From positions 1 through 32,129 of the forward strand of contig JAKZUA010000208.1 in assembly GCA_047516825.1 (NCBI GenBank): 32,129 nt of DNA, in the 5' to 3' direction. A program made the position numbers and the translations under genes. Source of the stretch: Dehalococcoidia bacterium. Its GTDB lineage: Bacteria > Chloroflexota > Dehalococcoidia > Lucifugimonadales > UBA3495. Positions 27,263 to 32,129 of this stretch are shown here, one piece after another; positions within the stretch are counted from its first letter, which is position 1, and each line of letters begins with the position of its first letter. The notes beneath the pieces are model-generated. The model was not told where the DNA came from. It did not search any database and saw nothing but the letters and a program-made list of their open reading frames with translations.

Positions 27263-27280
27263 AGATCACCCAGATCACCC
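27263..27280 (+). repeat. 9-bp tandem duplication
   Basis: AGATCACCC (27263-27271) then AGATCACCC (27272-27280), immediately before an AGGAGG. Confidence 0.9.
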
Positions 27281-27720
27281 AGGAGGGGTCCCGCTTCACC
27301 ATCAGCCAACCCGGAGGACTCCGGCGGCCTGACCGCAGCCGCCCGGGTGGCGGTGCTGCGCCACTCCGTGGAGACCGGCGCCGTCGTCAAGGTGCAGGGA
27401 ACCGTAACCGCCGTGGACCAGGCCAGGGCCAAGTTCGCCGTCACCGGGCCCTGGGCCAACCAGGAGGGCCTGCTCCGGCAAGGAGCGCCGGTCTATCTGG
27501 AACCGGACGATTGACCATCGCCCTGCCCGGCTGAACCCCAGATCTCCACATTCCCCCGGGCCATCCACGCCGCCTTATGCTCTCCCCCCAGGGGAGCTGT
27601 GGAAGCGCAGATCTCCGAACCAAGACCCCGGACCCACGCCTAAGAGGCATCTTCCCGGCACGGGCGTACGCTGTGCCGGTTTTCCGATTTCTCGTGCCAA
27701 CCCACAGGGCACCAAGAAGT

Positions 27721-27757
27721 GTGCAAAATTAACCGGCATGGAAATCCAATTTTGCAC
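27721..27757. promoter_or_regulatory. Perfect 10-bp inverted repeat in the AT-rich region upstream of the 996-aa gene (operator-like)
   Basis: GTGCAAAATT (27721-27730), 17 nt, AATTTTGCAC (27748-27757). Related half-sites GGGCAAAAA and GTGCAAACAAAA occur downstream, as does the direct repeat ATACCTGTTCAT / ATACCTGTGCAT (about 27800-27835). Confidence 0.35.
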
Positions 27758-28040
27758 AGAACTAAACTTGGGGGTAAAACCCTCTTACATTCCCCAAACA
27801 TACCTGTTCATTGGGCAAAAATACCTGTGCATAGTGCAAACAAAACTCGCATAGAGTGTGACAAATACCCCTGCGGGAAAGTGTCGTCTGCCACTTACCG
27901 CAGTCCCGGAATCCCAATAAACTTCTCTTGTGAATTTGACGCGACAGGCGGCGTCCAGCGCGCGAAAAGCCAAAGCCCAGGTCATTGATCCGGCCCTACG
28001 ATAGCGGCGCCGGAACGATACCAAAAGGAGTACCAGCGCC

Positions 28041-31031
28041 ATGACCAGCTTACCGTCCATCTTCGCCCTGGCCACCCGGAGCGCGGCTTTCGCCCGCACC
28101 ATGGCCCAACGCGTACCCCTTTTGCCCTTTCGGAAACGCGGGGTTGGCATGATGAGCGCCGCCCGAGCCTTACAGCTCACCATGCTGGCAACAGCCCTGG
28201 CGGTGCTGGCCGTGGCCGGTGCACTGTTCGCCCTCTACGTCCATCCAGCTTACGCTCAGGAGACCTCCGCACCGGCACAGCCCACGGGGCTGTCCGCCAC
28301 GGCGTCCCACGACCAGGTGGTCCTCACCTGGGACGACCCCAAGGACGACAGCATCACCGGCTACGTGATCCTGCGCCGCAACCGCGCGAACACCGCAGAG
28401 GGCGAGTTCACCGAATTGGTGGGGGATACCGGCGCCGCCGCGACCACCTACACCGACGACAGCATAGTAGCTGAGACTCCCTACACCTATCGGATCCAGG
28501 CCATCAACGCGGGCGGGACCAGTGAGCGTTCGCGCTGGTTCCACGTCGAGACCCCGGCAGCGCCCGACCTCGCGGGCCTGGCGCCCTCCAACCTCACCGC
28601 AATCATGGAGAACCTAGTCGTTGTCCTAAGCTGGGACGCTCCCGTAGAGGACGCCGGTTCGGTCATGGGTTACGAGGTACTGCGGTCCCGGGGAGACGAT
28701 GAGTTGACCACCCTGGTGGCGGACACCGGCAATACTACCACCGCCCACACCGACGAAACCGCCGACGCTCCGGGGGAGAGCTACGCCTACCGGGTCAAGG
28801 CCATTCGCGACGGGAAGAAGAGCCAATCATCCAATGAGGCAGCGGTCAGACTGCCAGATCCACCGTCATTGGCCCCCAGCGGGCTTACCGCCCAGTACGG
28901 CAGCGGCAGGGTTGTCCTGGTCTGGAACGCCCCGGTGGAGGACACAGGTTCCATCACCGGCTACGAGATTCTGCGGGCCGAGGGCGATGGGGAGCGGACC
29001 ACCCTGGTAGCGGACACGGGCAATGCCGCCGCGACCTACACCGACGCCACGGCCGCTCAGGCCAGCACGATCTATACCTACCGGGTCAGAACAATTCGCG
29101 AAGAGGAGCGGAGCCAGGAATCCAACGAGGCGTGGGTGCAACTCCCCCCGCAGGCACCACAGCGAATGGACAGCACCGCCACCCACGACTCAGTGACCCT
29201 CACCTGGGACGACCCCCAGGACGATACCATCACAGGGTATCGGATTATGCGGCGGGATCCCGCCGCAGATGACCCCAGCCAGTTCTCTGTCCTCACCGAG
29301 GACACTGGCGCCGCAGAAACCAGCTACACCGACACGGACGTGACGCCGGAGCAAAACTATGCGTACCGGGCCCAGGCCCGCAGCGCCCAGGGCTTGAGCG
29401 ATTGGTCCCCTGATATCCAGGCGAACACACTGCCCGCTTCAGCAACCCAAACCCCTGAGGCGACGGTCTCCGAACCCAGTAACAGAGATCTCCCTACCAG
29501 TACGGCAACCAAGGGCTATATCGCCATAGGCGAGTCCGCCACCGGATCGATCAAGTGGCGCTCCGACAGGGACGCATTCCGAGTCCGGCTGGAAAGCGGA
29601 GTTACTTATCAGATAGACCTGAAGGGCAACGCCACCTCCGACGGCACACTGGCGGACCCATACCTGTCGGGCATCAACGACGACGATTGGGAGATTGTAC
29701 CCGGCACTTCCAACGACAATTCCAACAAGACCCTGAACAGCCAAGTCCTGTTCACACCCACCGAGCGTGGTTCTTACTACATCGTGGTCAGGTCCGCGGT
29801 CGAGGACAACGGCCCATACTCCACTGGCACGTACACGGTGGCCATCAAGGTGGAGGGCGAAGCCGACGAGGAACACACCGACCTGATAGCTGCCGGCCCC
29901 TCGACCATAGTCTTTCTGGGAGTGGGCGGTGAGGTCGAAGCGACCATTGATTACTTCGCCGACGAAGACTGGTTCAAGGTGGTTCTCAGTTCCGGCTCCA
30001 CATACGCCATAACCGTCACGGGTGGCCTGGTGGACGATTCCCTGACCCTGGAGATTCCCTGGTTGCTCGGGTTGTTCGACTCAGAGTCGCAACGTCTCCT
30101 GATGGGGAACAGGGACGGTCTGGGGACCGAGCGGACACAATTCGAGGGCACAGATGGGATCGTCGTCGCATACCATACGGCCGAAAACGACGGAACCTAC
30201 TATGTGTCGGTGTCATCCGGCTTTGACGTGGGAACCTACAGAGTCAGCGTGAAAGAAGTTCCCGCATTCGCCGACCAGGGTCCCGGTTCCATTCATAACG
30301 ACTATAGCTCCCACTTTGAAGAGCCGGGCAACATTTCACCGTGGCGGCGTTTTTACGCCTGGTGCCCCCAGGATATGAAGCAGGGAACCGTCGACGACAC
30401 CCCGGCAGCCGGTGGAACACACATGATGAAATGGTTCGGTCAAAGAGAGGTCGGGGTGATGCCTGATGATACATATGTGCCCATAGACACCCTCGCGGAG
30501 TGTGTCGGCGTGGGAGATCCCTACATCCACAACGGCGTCCCGTTACTGAACGAGAACAGCAGCACGCTGTACAGCAATAACCGCCGATGGTACCTGTTAT
30601 TGGAACACAATTCACCCTCCAACGATGTGCCCGGCATGGGCACCCTGAGCAATGCCACCCCAGTGCTGACGAGGATCGACTACCTGCGTTATAGCGAAGA
30701 ACAAGACTGGTCCAGATTCTCCGTCAGCCAGGCAGGAACCTTCTGCGTCAGCGTCGATGCGCCAGCAGTCACAGTGAATTGGAACAACGGCGGAGATGCC
30801 CAGTCCATTCCCGAGGCCGTCCGGGTGTACTGGGACCGGGTGTCGAAACACTGGATGTCCCTCGACTTCGCGAACGACCCCGACAGCGCCAAAGATACCT
30901 GGCTCACCAACAGCGACCTGGTCCGCGTGGAATGGAGTCCGCCGGAACCCTCAAATTCACGGGTGTTCTACAGCGACGGCACCGAGCTGCGGCCAGAGAC
31001 GGCAGGATGTGGTCCAACGAGATGGCACTGA
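28041..31031 (+). CDS. Secreted or membrane-anchored protein with four fibronectin type III domains, PPC-like modules and an uncharacterised ~260-aa C-terminal region
   Basis: AAGGAG RBS 10 nt before ATG 28041. Hydrophobic signal/anchor LQLTMLATALAVLAVAGALFALYVHPAYA. Four FN3 repeats (LTWDDPKDDSITGY...YTYRIQA and similar). PPC-like modules end in GTYTVAIKV and GTYRVSVKEV. Confidence 0.8.
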   Translation: MTSLPSIFALATRSAAFARTMAQRVPLLPFRKRGVGMMSAARALQLTMLATALAVLAVAGALFALYVHPAYAQETSAPAQPTGLSATASHDQVVLTWDDPKDDSITGYVILRRNRANTAEGEFTELVGDTGAAATTYTDDSIVAETPYTYRIQAINAGGTSERSRWFHVETPAAPDLAGLAPSNLTAIMENLVVVLSWDAPVEDAGSVMGYEVLRSRGDDELTTLVADTGNTTTAHTDETADAPGESYAYRVKAIRDGKKSQSSNEAAVRLPDPPSLAPSGLTAQYGSGRVVLVWNAPVEDTGSITGYEILRAEGDGERTTLVADTGNAAATYTDATAAQASTIYTYRVRTIREEERSQESNEAWVQLPPQAPQRMDSTATHDSVTLTWDDPQDDTITGYRIMRRDPAADDPSQFSVLTEDTGAAETSYTDTDVTPEQNYAYRAQARSAQGLSDWSPDIQANTLPASATQTPEATVSEPSNRDLPTSTATKGYIAIGESATGSIKWRSDRDAFRVRLESGVTYQIDLKGNATSDGTLADPYLSGINDDDWEIVPGTSNDNSNKTLNSQVLFTPTERGSYYIVVRSAVEDNGPYSTGTYTVAIKVEGEADEEHTDLIAAGPSTIVFLGVGGEVEATIDYFADEDWFKVVLSSGSTYAITVTGGLVDDSLTLEIPWLLGLFDSESQRLLMGNRDGLGTERTQFEGTDGIVVAYHTAENDGTYYVSVSSGFDVGTYRVSVKEVPAFADQGPGSIHNDYSSHFEEPGNISPWRRFYAWCPQDMKQGTVDDTPAAGGTHMMKWFGQREVGVMPDDTYVPIDTLAECVGVGDPYIHNGVPLLNENSSTLYSNNRRWYLLLEHNSPSNDVPGMGTLSNATPVLTRIDYLRYSEEQDWSRFSVSQAGTFCVSVDAPAVTVNWNNGGDAQSIPEAVRVYWDRVSKHWMSLDFANDPDSAKDTWLTNSDLVRVEWSPPEPSNSRVFYSDGTELRPETAGCGPTRWH

Positions 31032-31119
31032 CCGTCAGCGGTCCGGAAGATAGAGCGGTTCCAGGCTGCCGTCCCAGTTCTTTATGGGCAACAAAAAAGC
31101 CCACACACAGGGACGGGCG

Positions 31120-31155
31120 GAAGAGGCCGCTGCAGGGCGCTGTATTGGCCTCTTC
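31120..31155 (+). terminator. Hairpin downstream of the 996-aa gene (possible terminator, no U-tract)
   Basis: GAAGAGGCC (31120-31128) pairs with GGCCTCTTC (31147-31155) across an 18-nt loop. Confidence 0.25.
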
Positions 31156-31221
31156 ACAGGCACAAGGCGATAAGTCCCACGTCGTATTGTCATTGGAACC
31201 CGAGGAGAAGGAACACGCGAT

Positions 31222-31539
31222 ATGAAGCCCACCCGTTCCCTGCGTCCCAGGGTGAAGCTCAACCGTGCCGCCGTCTCGGAGTTGCTCAGCCTGCTCAACA
31301 CGACCCAGACCGAACTGGCGCAGATGTGCGGGCTGTCTCCCGGATACTTTTCCCTGCTGATGGCCGGCAAGCGCAGTCCCTCGGCGGGCGCCCGCGGGCC
31401 GATCCTGACGCCATCGGAAAGCTGCGCGTCGGGGACTTCGCCTGCGGCACCGGGGCACTGTTGTCGGCGGTGTACGACGAGATTGCCGCCCGCTACGAGC
31501 GTGCCGGAGGAGACCCGGCTGGATTGCACACGCCGATGA
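31222..31539 (+). pseudogene. XRE-family helix-turn-helix gene, only the first ~55 codons are HTH-like; the remainder is an out-of-frame read of the methyltransferase
   Basis: AVSELLSLLNTTQTELAQMCGLSPGYFSLLMAGKRSPS matches the HTH_3 pattern. After about nt 31390 the ORF becomes Cys/Pro/Arg-rich, while the frame starting at 31401 carries methyltransferase motif I. Confidence 0.55.
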
Positions 31540-32129
31540 TGGAGGAAGTCCTGTACGGCTGCGACGTGATGCCCTCAGCAGCCCACATAACCAGTGCCAC
31601 CCTCTCCGGTGCCCAACCCACCATAGGCTTCAAGCAGTCCCGCATCTACACCATGCCCTACGGGCGCCAGAAAGACGGGACTGTGCGCATAGGCTCCCTG
31701 GAACTCTTGCAGTCTTCCCACTTGCTGTCCCTGTTCAACACCAACGATCCAGCCCTTCGCACCGGTAGCGCGGGCGAGGAGACCGCCGCCCAGATTAACA
31801 TCGACATTCCCGATGCCAGCTTCGACCTGGTGATAATGAATCCGCCGTTTACGCGGAACGTGACTCGTGAGGGAGCAACTGCCGATGCGGTTGCGGCTGC
31901 ATTCGCTGCCTTCGGTGCTAGTGAAAGAGACCAAAGGGATATGGCGAAACGGATGGGTGAACTAAAGGGAGAAACCTGCTACCACGGAAACGCTGGCATG
32001 GCCTCGGCGTTTGCGGCATTGGCGCACCGCAAGCTCAGACCGGGCGGAGTGCTCGCTTTGGTCTTGCCACTATCGTCTGCCTCCGGACTAGCCTGGCAGA
32101 ATTTCAGACAAATGCTGGGTACCGAATAC
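31401..32129 (+). pseudogene. N6-adenine DNA methyltransferase (gamma-class, Eco57I/TaqI-like), apparently 5'-truncated, 3' end beyond the window
   Basis: The frame with pos mod 3 = 0 is open to the window end. Motif I VGDFACGTGALL (31428-31463), LYGCDVMPSAAHIT, motif IV FDLVIMNPPF (NPPF at 31839-31850), then LRPGGVLALVLP. No start codon, RBS or motif X region precedes motif I. The ORF track omits it because it has no stop in the window. Confidence 0.7.

Noticed and set aside
26920-27459. 179-aa minus-strand ORF, and the overlapping 60-100 aa ORFs on both strands
   Set aside because: They are Pro/Gly/Arg/Ala-rich low-complexity translations that overlap mutually in several frames. There is no RBS and no motifs. 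This is most likely GC-rich non-coding or decayed sequence.
24464-31031. Diversity-generating retroelement targeting the large surface proteins
   Set aside because: No reverse transcriptase ORF (no YxDD-type motif) is present in the window. I could not find a template/variable repeat pair. The 26.8-28.0 kb gap shows no nucleotide similarity to the gene 3' ends by eye.
1-32129. CRISPR array, cas genes, prophage or integrative element with integrase
   Set aside because: There are no regularly spaced direct repeats with unique spacers. No integrase or recombinase, capsid or terminase-like ORFs are present. All repeats found are either two-copy tandem duplications or the hairpin/G-box family.

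Overview
Moderately GC-rich bacterial chromosomal window. A long Bacillus-type SRP RNA, an F420-type LLM enzyme and a possibly leaderless lepA hint at a Chloroflexota-like monoderm, but taxonomy cannot be verified here. Nt 2322-23994 form a 21.7-kb block of mostly core genes: LLM oxidoreductase, a frameshifted glutaredoxin-fold/thioredoxin-reductase fusion, B12-binding radical SAM, fabF, recJ, lgt, ispE, rsmA, ffs, galU, a DUF2269-like membrane protein, a DinB-family protein, lepA, two oligopeptide-type ABC ATPases, tRNA-Leu, tRNA-Lys, a metallophosphoesterase, an MFS transporter and rnhA. The most unusual feature is that this block is bracketed by the two halves of a single IS701-family element arranged inside-out. 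Outside those halves lie two pieces of what reads as one large secreted LRR-vWA-PPC surface-protein gene. Both breakpoints share the hexamer CCCGGC, and the reciprocal joins restore both the transposase frame and the surface-gene frame. To the right is an accessory region: a 1.2-kb decayed or non-coding stretch, a 996-aa FN3/PPC secreted protein, and an XRE-type HTH gene fused out of frame to a 5'-truncated N6-adenine DNA methyltransferase that runs off the window. Other observations are a hairpin-plus-G-box intergenic repeat family, recurrent 9-20 bp tandem duplications (one of which inactivates the TrxR fusion), and four 29-aa repeats at the C-terminus of the radical SAM protein. I saw no CRISPR array, reverse transcriptase, integrase or complete defence operon. 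I cannot point to a clear complete novel multi-gene system, so the rearrangement and the truncated HTH/methyltransferase locus are the best leads.
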